DNA from: Azolla caroliniana
Lineage: Eukaryota > Plantae > Polypodiophyta
Assembly: GCA_043228905.1 (NCBI GenBank)
Contig: JBHGNT010000012.1
Location: forward strand, 18,104,001 to 18,168,000
Length of the DNA stretch: 64,000 bases
Direction: 5' to 3'
The notes beneath the pieces are model-generated. The model was given only the letters and a program-made list of their open reading frames with translations, was not told the origin of the DNA and made no database searches. Numbering within the stretch: the stretch's first letter is position 1; every line of letters begins with the position of its first letter. Positions 48,071 through 59,720 of this stretch are shown here, piece after piece. Both the position numbers and the translations under genes were made by a program.

Positions 48071-51000
48071 GGTTCGAGCGGACGCGACGATGTAAGACCA
48101 TGGAGAAGGAAGGTGGCGGCGAGAGGACGAAGGCAATGCGAAACAACATGGGACGGCAATCAGGACAACACGAATGCTCAACGGAGGACATCAGACATAC
48201 GACGGGGAGCGGGGCGTGCATACGGCCGAACAAGGGCCAGCGGAAGTACGCGTACTACGGAGATCGCGGTGGAGGACCCATCGACGGGTCGAATGAGCCT
48301 ACGGGGAGGTAAGCGCGAAGGAAGAACCGAAGCCGACGGATCAAACCGGCAACGAGTCGGGATGCGGATTACGGAAGACCGGTTTCTCACCGGCCGAAAT
48401 CTCTCACCCTTCACCGGAATTGGCACGTACCGGTGGACGTGCGGTTAGGTGGGGGCGGATGTCGTGAAGAATTTCGTCTAGAGGTGGAAACCGGGAAACA
48501 TTGGCTACATCGGCGGGGTGCAGCTTGTGTGCTCACCCTTGTACATTTAGTGTGAATAACGAGGGCGCCTTTATGGCGCCGAAGAGTAGTTAAGTCGGGA
48601 TTTATCCCACATTGTAACACATCCCTCTCCTTGTTCTATAAAAGGAAGGGAGCGCCCTTTGTGAAGGGGTTGCCCATTTTGGCGTTAGAGGGTATACCGT
48701 TATATTTAGGGTTAGTTACGCTTCTTCTTCTTCTTCTTCTTCTTCCCCCTTCGTGTTTTGCTTAGGGTTTGCTTTGGCTCGGCCTCCTGTGCAAGACCCC
48801 GCTCGGTGCGATGAGCCGAGAGCTCCCCGACGGCGGCTTGACAGCAGACGATTGCTGTAACCTACCTTGGTCCGGCTTGAAGCCGGGAATGTATTCTTTT
48901 ATATATATATATATATATACGTTGCGTCTGTCTGTGTATATTTGCGTCTCTGTTGGTGTCGGGTGCTCCCCCTTTTCTGCGTTTCCTGTACATAAGGGCG
49001 TGAGTCGGGTCGGCATGTGTGTGTGCGTGCGTGTGTGTGCATGAGTCGGTTTTAAGCGCGCGCTCCCTCTCTTTCTCTCTCTCCCTTCGGTCGTTTCCGG
49101 TGTTCTTCTGGGATTCCCCGGAAATGGTGAAGCACGACTTCCTACGCTCCGTCACTCCCTAGTCCAAGACCCCCGTGGTCCCGCCTTTCTCCACGCACGC
49201 GCGTAATAACGCGACAACGTGTTACACGTCCCAACAATTACGAAGAATCTGGTGTCGGTCGGACAGGTCATCGACCAGGGGATGCAAGTCCGATTCACGC
49301 ATCTGGGGTGATTCATCGAGGAAGAAGGCCAAGTTATTGTGCAAGGGCGCAAAGATGGGAGGATGTTCATCCTCGACACCAATGATGTAGGCACTACCAT
49401 GCAAGAAAAAGGACAAAAAGTTGAGTTGGATATCGACTTGTGGCACGAGCAGATAGTCCACTTCAACTACCAAAGGCTTCATGACTTGCAATCGAAACAA
49501 GTTGTGTTCGGATTGGCAAAATTTAGTGGTCGAAGCAAAATGGCATAGCCAAAAGGAAGAATCGGTCGGTTGTGGAAGCAGCGTGGGCAATGCTGGAAGA
49601 AAAGAGCATGCCCAAGTTCTATTGGGCCGACGCAATCCGAACTGCGGTCTACATCCAGAATCGGATTGGAGAAAAACTGTCGGCACATGAGCTATATTTC
49701 GGAGGGAAGCCGAATCTACGACACTTGAGGTTTTTCGGTAGCATCGCGTATGTGCATGTGCCAAAGGAGAAGCGGAGGAAACTAGACGCGAAAGCAGAGA
49801 AGTGTATCTTGGTTGGCCACTCAGACGAACAGAAGGGTTATAAGTGTTATAACCCCCGAACCAAACAAGCTCGCGTAAGTCGTGATGTTGTGTTTGATGA
49901 GTCTGTGTCTTGGTATTTGCCTCCGACTCCGGACCTGAACTCCAATCTGAGTTCTGAAGACGAGGTCAGCGAGGCTGAGATGCCTCCTGATGAATGCGAA
50001 GTTGGAACTCTTGAAGAGAGTCTGATCTCATTTCGGCTAAGTGGACCGAGCACTAAATATCAATCAAGGTTTAGATTCTCTGAGCAACTAAGTCGGTTTG
50101 ACTAGTCAGATGAAGAGCCAACGAGTAGTGGAGACTCGGCCGTGCATTCCCCACACAGGAAGCTGAAGAGACGGCTTACACGCAAAGAAAAGGAAAAGAA
50201 GAAGATGTTGAAGTACAACAGGGATAGGGATGAGTCGGATCGACGCGAAAAGATAGAAGCCCGCGTTGGCCAGAACGACCTCAACATCGGCTAGTGAGCA
50301 ATTATGCCGATCTACCCGCCACAAGAACCTTGTTGTGTGGTTCGGATATAACGAGTACATGGCGCATCACTATGCGTACATGACACGTGTAGCGGAAGTG
50401 TGTGAGCCAGAGAGCTACGTAGAAGCGGCAAAGGATGCAAATTGGTGTGCCGCCATGGAGGAAGAGATGAACGTACTTGCGGAGAATGAGACCTAGGACC
50501 TGGTTGACGCCCCCAAGGGTGTAAAGCCGATTGGAGGCAAGTGGGTGTACAAGGTCAAGTAAAACACTAACAACTCGGTCAACCGATACAAGGCCTGGTT
50601 AGTAGCAAAAGGCTACGCGCAACAACACGGCATCGATTACGATGAGACGTTTGCTCTAATTGCGAAGATGATGACCATCCGTGTTTTGCTTGCAATAGCT
50701 ACGGCGAAGGGGTGACACTTACATGAGATGGATGTAAAGAATGCGGTCCTGCAAGGCGAGCTTGAGGAACAAGTGTACATGGTACAACCCTCCATATTTC
50801 ACTCCAAAACGAATACTTCGGCGGTATGCCGATTGAAAAAATCCCTTTACAGACTAAAGCAAGCCCTGCGTGCCTAGAACGTGAAGATCACGCATCGATT
50901 ACATCGGATGGGATTTGCGATGTCCAAATCGGACTCTTCATTGTTCGTCCGGCAAGGTCAACTTGGGCCGGTTACTATTTTACTTTATGTTGATGACTTG

Positions 51001-54000
51001 GTCATCGCCGGGGTCGACCTAGATGAAATTGACCACGTAAAGCTCTAGCTTGCGGCATCATTTGATATGAAGGACCTGGGGGACCTTCATTACTTTCTTA
51101 GGATCGAAGTGATCCGAACCCCCGAAGGCATACTGATCAACCAACGACATTACAGGCTGAGTATGCTCTTCAAGTTCAGGATGACAGACTGTAAGTCCGT
51201 CTCAACTCCTCTCGACACAACCGTGAAGCTACGCCCCAACTCCAAAAAGGTCTGTGACCCGAAAAGGTTCCGACAAATTGTCAGAAACCTCATATACTTG
51301 ACTATGACCCAGACGGACCTTAGTTACCCGGTCAACTTGATTAGTCAGTTCATGGCGCGGCCAACCAAGCAGCACCTTCAATGCGCGCAACACGTACTCA
51401 GGTACGTCAGTCGCACTAAGGACTGGGGACTACTATATCGGACCGGTACTGCCACACAACTAGTCGGCTATACAAATTCCGACTGGGCCGAAAACGCCGA
51501 CGATCACCTATACACATCTGGATTTACGTTCTCCCTTGGGAGTGTCGCGATCGTGTGGAGTAACAAGAAGCAGTCGACAGTTGCACTATCGAGCACAGAG
51601 ACCAAGTATCGAGGAGCGGTTGTTGCAACGTGCGAAGCCATATGGTTGAAGCGGCTACTTAAGGATCTACAGGTGGAGGTATCCAGTCCGACGACAATCT
51701 ACTGCGACAACCTCAACAACATCCAATTTGCGAAGAACCCCGTCTTCTGTTAGCCAACAGGCAAGGAGTGGAGGACAGTCCAGAATGTGAAAGGGTAGGA
51801 ATTATCGGAAGCTGTTATTTGAATATTACGTAATTAAGTATATTTTGAGAAGTGAACGGATGGACCGGAATCGGTATGCCAATCCGGATCCGGAGCGGTT
51901 CATATCAGTGTGCCAGTTGGCACCATTTTGTATGCAGAGCCGATGATCTATAAAAAGGCCCGATTACATTGTAAATCACGACAGATAATTAATAAAGCCC
52001 TATTGTCTTATCTCTGTGTATTGATTACCATTCTGTGTTAATTACTTTCTATCTTACGTGTGTATTAAGATTCATGATATGTTGCTTAAGTAGCCGATAA
52101 AGTTCTGATCAATCGTTATTCTAGGTTACACCACCGTAACACCCTTTGGTGAAGTGTCTTCCGTAGATATCCTGTGTTAGGCTATTGTCCGGCCCTTAGG
52201 AGTAACACAATTTTTGGTGACCACGATTCCTGCATAAGCGTAGTGAACAACGGCGGGAATGGATGACTAGAGCAACGACCGGACCGGTTACGGAGCGAGC
52301 AAGGAGACTTGCTGAGTGGCTGCGGAAGCGAGAGGCCTTCCAGGAGGTGGCGGAAGAGATTCATGCGGATCAATCCTTTACCAAAGTGATCCGGCGAGTG
52401 GCCGAGGAGTGACTCCTTTTGCAACAAGATTTCCACCCCGACGAAGGAAGCAACTTAAGTAGTCTTCGGGAAACGGAATCCCTTCTGCAGGCATTAGCTA
52501 CAGGAGTAGGCGATTCAGGAAGAAAGACCTCCAACAGAGGAGGAGGAGGAAAGACCTCCGACACCACCAACCCGCATTCCAACACCAGACGACGACATGC
52601 CGTTTCAATATCCCAAGTACCGGGATTATCCGGACGCAGAGGCCCACGTCTATGCATTTCAACAGACCTGGAAAGCGAATCATGTGTCACAACGCTTAAC
52701 CGTGGCCGAAGCAGAATGCTCAAAGATGGCGGAGTTCAGCATGACCCTGGAAGGGCCCGCCGCTAGATGGCGCCTGACGCAAGATCCCAGCACCATCACG
52801 ACGTTTGAGGCATTGAAAACTAAATTCTTACATTTTTTTCACAAAGAGGTGGATCAACGGGAAATGGTCGGCCTATTTTATACCATCCAGCAGGAGCTCA
52901 TGGAGAACATTCAACAATTTGTAATCCAATTCTAGAGAATGCACAACCAGCTCAATCGGCCACCACCGGAGGAAGAGACTAAGGCGATATTCCTAACAGC
53001 ACTCCAAGAACCCCTACGAACGGTGTGCACAGTCATTGATTTCCGCACGAGTTACGTCGACCGGGTCATAGATCGAGTCAGGGAAATGGAAAAATCCAGC
53101 TCCTGGCTGACGATGGGGGCACTCCAACGAGCGTTACAGACCTCTGATTTCGACAAGCAATTCAATGTAAGACTTGCCTGAATGCCGGACACTCGGTGCT
53201 GGAGTGCACCATGCGTTCTCCATGCCTGCTTTGTCATTCTAGAAACCACACAATAGATCGGTACGAGTATAAATTGTTGAATCGGCAAGCGCCACCAGTC
53301 CGGCAAATCGAAACACGGAGCAACCAGGAGGAGGAAGAAGAGCGTTGGCGGCGAGAGGAGTGTTACCGGCCGACACAAGATGTCTGGTACAGTGACCGAA
53401 GAGACGCTTATGACCGCAACCGTTGTCGTGTTGTTACGCGCGTGCATGGAGAAACGTGGCGGGACCACCGGGGTCTTGAACCGAAGAGCGGGTGATAGAA
53501 GGGAAAAGAAAAAGGGAAAGAGAGAGACGCTCGGTCACGTATGAGCAAAGAAACGCAGGGGGGGCACGGCCCGTCAACACAGAAGACGCGAATGGACATA
53601 GAGACAGGGAGACACAAGTGTTTGTATATTAACGAATATCAAATACACAACAGATCACGCGAGCGGTTACAACCGAACAGGCCGGCGAACAGATGCCGAT
53701 GCCTGTTCGTCTGCGCACGAGAAGGGGAAAAGGGTGGAGGTGCTGCCGGAAGCACACAGGCGTTCCTCGAAGCAGCGTGAGCCTCCCGAAACCCTACAGA
53801 GAAGAGCGATGGAGAACGAACAGAGGAGAAGCGTTCGGTTACGGTCCGACATCACTTCGTCCTCCTTAATGCCCGATCCCCTTTCTCGCTGCATCTCCCT
53901 CTCCTTTATAGCTTCAACAAGGGAGCCGTCTCCCTCATTTACTTCCTACCTACCGAATCTAACTACCCGGATATGCCTTTGTACTTAATTCCCTATTATA

Positions 54001-54149
54001 TACATTAAGGGTGCGCACACGTGAAGAGCCGGTTCACGCGCGTTAGGCACCGATTGCGCCAAGGGACGGTTTTCTTCACAACATCCGCCCCCACCTAACC
54101 GCGCATCCACCGGTATGCGCCAAAATTGGGTTCTGGTTGGAGAAAACCG

Positions 54150-57100
54150 GCCCGGGTTCCGTTTCTTCGTCCATCGGTTCGTCCTCCATTTTAGACTGTT
54201 CGTTTTCGCTGTCCAGGCCTCTTAGATCCGGTTCGTAGTCGTGGCGCTTCTTGAACGCTTTGATCCGCTTCCCTGCTGCCGGCATCGCCATCCTCGTACC
54301 GTCGAGTTCCGCCAGGTGATACGCCCCGTTGTCGTTGGCGCTCGTTACCACGTAAGGCTTGAACCACCGCTTCGCAAACTTCCGCGTTGCTCGGTGCTGG
54401 TTGTCGAGGCTGCTGTCGTAGACTAGCACCTAGTCGCCTTCCTCGATTTTCTTTGGCTGGAGTCGGTGTGTTCGGTCGAACCGGGCTTTGTTCTTCATCC
54501 TCGCCGTCCGAAGTCTCTCCGCCGCTCGTTCCACGTCCTCTGGCCTCCGCTCGAGCTGCCGTATACGCGCCGCTAGCAGTTCTTCCCGACCCATCTCGTC
54601 TCTCCAGTCTATTGTCGCCCAAGAGGAGATCGTCTGTTCCATCGGCATGATCGGCTTCTGTCCAAACATGAGCTCTGACGGCATGAACCCGGTTACCGAA
54701 CTGTGCGTTGTCCGGTCCGCCCACAAGGCATAGGGTAACAGTCGTGGCCAGTTCCCGACCTGCCCGTTGCACGCCCGGACTAGCGCTTTGACGATTGGTC
54801 CGTGCTCGCGCTCCACCTTCCTGTTCGCCTCCGGATTGTACGTTGTGGTGAGCGAGAGCTTGACCCCTAACTGGTCGAACAGCTCCTCGGCCTCTTCGGC
54901 GTCCAACTCCCCGCGGTCAGCCACGATTTTTCCAACGCACCCGTACCGGCATATCACGTCCTCGATCAGGAACCGGCACATGGCCGCGGTCGTTTTGTTC
55001 TGCAGGGCTCGGCCTTCCACCTGGTTCGTCAGGTCCTCTCGGGCCAACACCAGATATCGCATCTGCCCTACGCCCATCGGCATCGTCACCAAATCTACCA
55101 TCCATTTGAAGTGGATGGCCGGAGGGTATGTAGGGTGAAGCTCGTCCCGATGTCGGACTATGGAGTGCATCTGACAGCTCTCACAAGTTGTCACGAACCG
55201 ATGCACGTCCCGGTACAGTTCCGGCCACCAGTACTTCCCCTTTAGTTTCTCGAACGTGGCCCACGTCCCACGGTGCCCAGCCCAGGGGCTGTCGTGGTAG
55301 GCCTTCAGCAACTCCTCCTGTTCCTCCTTCATCGCCACTACTCGGAGCGGGATGCCATTTCTCTTCTTCGGGTGCTTCCACAAGTATCCGTCCCGGAGAA
55401 AGAATCGGTACGCTTTCTTCCGGATCCGGTTGGCCTCGTCCTTTGTCCATGACGCGTCCGGCGTCATCGTCCTCAAGAATCCCCCAATCTGCAGCCACTC
55501 CCCATCGTACTTGCTCTCGTTGAAATCGTTAAGCGCCGGAGTGCTCCCTCCCTCGGTTGTTACGTAAGCCGCCTCGAAGAAGTCCACGCCGACTTCCTCG
55601 TCTTCTGAAACCATGCCGCCCTCGTCGTCGAGTCGCGCCCTCGAAAGCATGTCGGCCATGGCATTGTCTTTCTTGGAAATGTGTCGTATTTCTGAATCCA
55701 GGGACTTGATGTACGCTATCCACCTGAGCATTGCCAAGTCCGGGGTTGCGCATCCGGAAACCATGCCGAGAATCGGCAGGCAGTCCGTCTCGATAATCAC
55801 CTCCGTCCCGATCAGATAGTCTTTATCGGCCTTCACCGCCGAAACGATACCCCAGAGTTCGCGTTTAACCTGGGCGTATCCTCGCTGACGCTCGTTGAGG
55901 ATCTTCGCGCCGAACCGGATTGGGAACCGAACGCCGTCCTCATCTTCTTGGTTGACGACCCATCCGATCCCGGTCGGACTCGTATCTACCGTTATGTAGA
56001 TGGGAGTGCCTTTCTCGTAGACAGCCTTCCGGAGTGCCGGAGCTGCAGCAAGAGCCTCCTTCATCTTCCGGAGCGACTCCGTATGCTCGTCTCGCCACTC
56101 GAATCTTCGCCCCTTTTTCAGCAACCCGTATAGCGGTTCGGCAACGTGGGCGTAATGCGGGATCCATATGTGGTAGAACGCGCATGCTCCCAAGAACCTT
56201 CGTACCTCCGTGACCGAGTTGCAGTCGGGCTTCATTGCGGAGATGGCTTCCACCTTGGCCGGAGACGGTTTCCGGCCATACGGTCCACATAGATGTCCGA
56301 CGACCATGATCTCTGATTGCCCGAAGGCCGATTTCTCCCCGGAGAAGGTGAGCCTCGCGTCCTCTAGCCTCTGCAGCACCCTCTTGTAGTCGTCAATGTG
56401 TGTCGCCACGAATTTCCGGTATCCGTCCGGTCCGATCGTTTCGTCCTTTTCATCCACCGGACACCCCTTGATCGGGATGTCGTCCAAGAATGGCATGGTG
56501 ATGTCCGGGATACAGTCCCGCAGCACCTTGTTCATCGCATTCACCATGTGGGCCACCGAGTTCGTCCCTCCTTGTGGCAGGGTACACATCCGCACTAGGT
56601 CGAGAGGAGTCCGCATCGTCGTAATGTCTCTGCTCTCTACGGCTAGTTGGAACTGATCGTACCCCGAGTACAGATCCCCGACCAAGTAGATCGACCTTCC
56701 GGCAAAGGCCTCCGCGAACTCGTCTATCGTTGGTCCGATTCCTGCGTTCCGAATGGTCACCACCGGTTCGAGTACGGGGCACTCGATGGTTCGAGGATGC
56801 CCATATCGACTTTCTGCCTCAATAGCTCCATCAGCTCCGGGATGTGAGCTCTCGGTACCGAAATTGGTTTGAGATTCCACGGCACATGCGGTACCGTGAA
56901 TATCACCATCGGCTTTACGACTGCCTGGTATACGCACCCGATTTCTTCCGGTGAGAATGCGAAGGCTTTCCCGCGCCTTCCGAGCATTCTCCGAAACCGG
57001 TCTTCTTCCGCCGGCAGTAGGAACCCGCCCCCACCGATTTTGAGCTCCCGTAGCGTTCTGTCGGTGAAGGTGTGTCCTATGCAGGCCGGATCTCGTAAAC

Positions 57101-57592
57101 TGGGGTCCGACGCGACCCCCTTGATTCGCAACTTGCTGCCCTCCGGTAAGGGTGTCGCGACTGGCCTTACCTTCCGGTCCACAGTCTTGTACTTCGTGTT
57201 AACCCGGGCCGTCCGTTCCGACTCGAGCCCTCGACTGAAGTCCGCGATGACTTCGTACATTTCTTCTGAACAAATCGGTATCGTCCGGTCCTCTTTAAGG
57301 CCCTCTCCGACCACCTCTCGCAGTATTCCCAAGGTATCGTCGAAGGAGACCGCCTCCACGGCTCCGTTGATTTCCTCGCTGGGCCCGAGAACTCCGAGTG
57401 CCCGAAGTCGCTCTTCTGCCCTCGTCTTTTCTCGGCCTACGACGCCGACTATTGTACACCCTCCGTTGTCGGAGAAACAAAACTTCCTACTTATGGTACA
57501 AGGTTTCTTCGGTTTCGCTTCTATCGTACATTTGTGGGGTTTTCCCGGAGTGTCCGGACTGTCGTGGCCCCATGCCTTGGCAGCCCTCTCTA
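54150..57592 (-). pseudogene. pol: pol (unknown N-terminal region-RT-RH-INT) of M, with a deletion/frameshift near 56760 and a stop at 54430
   Basis: 835-aa ORF with GYDQF, PQGGTNSV, PFLDDIPIKG, RH and HHCC integrase. Confidence 0.92.
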
Positions 57593-59720
57593 AAAATCCT
57601 CTTGGTTCTCGCCACCGAGGGACTCGCGGTTTCTCTCGTGGTTCGGTCGCACCGTCATGAACTGGACCGAATGACGCCCATCCTGACTCTTGACCCTTGC
57701 GTAAGCCGACCCGTTGTCCAGCACCTTGGTCTCCATTCGTGCTACCGTAATGTACGGTTCTCCTAGTATGACCGGGTGCGAGGACGTTTCCTGCACAAAG
57801 AAGTGCTGGTCTATCTCGACGTCGCCAATCTTGACTCGCACGTTTGGGCAGGCCCCGTGTAGTTCCTCGGTGGCGCGTCTCCCCCCGTATCTTCCAGCCA
57901 TGCTTAGTGTTGATCGGCCATTTCCCCTTCTTGTAGAAGTCCATGGACATCAGGTTTTTTTCCGAACCGTGGTCCACCAGCGCCACCACCGGTTCCTGAA
58001 CATTTCCGATCTTCACCGGGGCTTCCGTGGTCGCTCGGGCCCAGTGTGGCCTCGAATAGTGGCTCTCCGCCCACTTGTCTTCCAATGCCATGTCCTCTAT
58101 TTGCGCCGTCCCCACCTCCATCGGCCTTTCCGGTTCTGCCTCCGTCGACAGCCTCTTCCTTTTCACCAAGTTCACGATGGAGTCGTGGAACTCCTTCTTG
58201 GCGATTCCGAGCACCTCCCGCAACGACAATTCCACTTTGCTGTCGAGGATTCGTTCTTCCAGGACCTTTCGTAGGTCCGTGGTCCTTTCGATCTCCGTGC
58301 CCAAACGGTATCCGCCCTTCTTGTGGTTATCCCGGGCGCTGGATTCACTGGCCTCGTTCCGTTTCGGCCCGAATCGGGTTTCGTATCTCTGTGAGGGTCC
58401 GACCCCTCCGGTTTTACCTACCCGTTTGTCTTCAACTAGAGCCTCGTAGTTTTGGCAAGCTGCTTCGACGAAACTCGTCTTTTCTTCGACCGGGTCACTC
58501 CACCCGGTTACCTCCTAGACCCGCTTCTCCGCGCGGTCCGCCTCGTCTCTCTTTAGTCGGGCATTGGCGAGGCCTTCTAGTACCGTCTGCCAGAACTCGG
58601 CTTTGCTCTCCTTCCGGGCCTCGCTGCCTCCGACCCGAATACCGGCTGACGCTGAGTAGTGGACGGTCTCCGCGTGCCGGGCCGCTGCCTCTTCCATCAG
58701 CCTTTTCATTCCTCCTCGCCCGTCGTTTCGGTTCAGGGCCCTCCGGATATCGCTGGCATGCACCGGACCTTCCCACAGGTACACTACCCGGTCCCCGTAG
58801 TCTTTCCGGATGTGGCCGACCTCGTCGCACCACATGCACCTACTTCCTGCCGGAGGCCGTCGGTCACGAGCCTGATCGCCACCTTCCCTCCGAGCCTGGG
58901 CGATCTGGAGATCCTTTACCGCTCGCATCAATTCCTCCAGAGCTGTCCCCCCAGACGAGCCTCTGATCACGCCGGTCGAAGCCGAACCGGTCTCGAGCCA
59001 CTCCCGGGTCTCTTCCCTTCGCGCCTGCGGTATCGGTTCGAGCTTCCTTGCTGCGACAGGTCTCGCCCCGGTCACCTCTGTATCAGCCCACTCCCACCGC
59101 TTGTCAAAACGGCCATAGACTCTTTTTACCGCGGCCCAGTCGGCCGTCAGCCCGTCTTCGGTTTCCAGTAAGGAGCCCCCTTCCCCCCGATCCCGCGCGT
59201 CAACCGATTTGACAAACAGCAGGACACGACTTGTGTCCAGAACGGTCCGATCGAGCGCCGAAAGGCGCGCAAAGCGTTCCTCAAACTCCCGGAGGAGTAC
59301 CGACGCATTTCTTCCTTTGTTAGGGGACTCCACCCACTCCATGAAGCCCCGCTTCGAAAGTTGAAGCGCGTCATCCCGCCCGTATTTCTCCAGGAGCCGT
59401 CCTTCGAACTCCTCCCAGGTCCGGCTCTCTGCCCGGACTTCGAGCACCTCCGCATGGATTCCCGGCATCACCACTCGAGGGAAGCCGGCAAGACGCCTCT
59501 CTTCCGGAATATCGCTCATCAACATCTCCGCCCGGTAGGACACCAAATAACTTGTGGCATCCTTTCCACTGAACCAGCCGATCATACCGACGATCACCTC
59601 AATAGCCCTGTCAAGGGCGCCGGTGCCCTCACGCGCGCTCACTATCCGGTCCACGGCCGAAGCCATGGCCTCTGCAAGATCCGACCCCCGAATCTTCTGC
59701 TCCTCTGCCGCCTGTTTCAC
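57590..59720 (-). pseudogene. gag: gag-protease ORF of M (stop at 58515, frameshift near 57885)
   Basis: 401-aa gag with CMWCDEVGH knuckle, protease LVDHGSE, ending QEDF*. Confidence 0.88.

Larger units (their letters stand above)
44401..49216 (+). mobile_element. Element K: gag-only non-autonomous tRNA-Trp LTR element (LTRs 44401-45143 and 48460-49216), TSD ACGT
   Basis: Direct repeats, PBS TGGTGAACCTGATGTGA at 45148-45164, PPT at 48443-48459. ACGT at 44397-44400 and 49217-49220. No PR, RT or INT motifs. Confidence 0.93.
42685..51747 (+). mobile_element. Element J: decayed Ty1/copia of the G/H family (5' LTR 42685-43140, PBS 43141), interrupted by K and cut by L in RNase H
   Basis: LTR similar to H. 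gag 43236-44000 and pol fragments 44200-44400 and 49217-51747. Confidence 0.9.

Noticed and set aside
52215-52226. Assigning a specific primer tRNA to element L
   Set aside because: TGGTGACCACGA is PBS-like, but I cannot match it confidently to a tRNA without a search.
58515-58517. TAG as the natural end of gag in M
   Set aside because: E reads through the same position (EQQIREVTRW), so it is a mutation.
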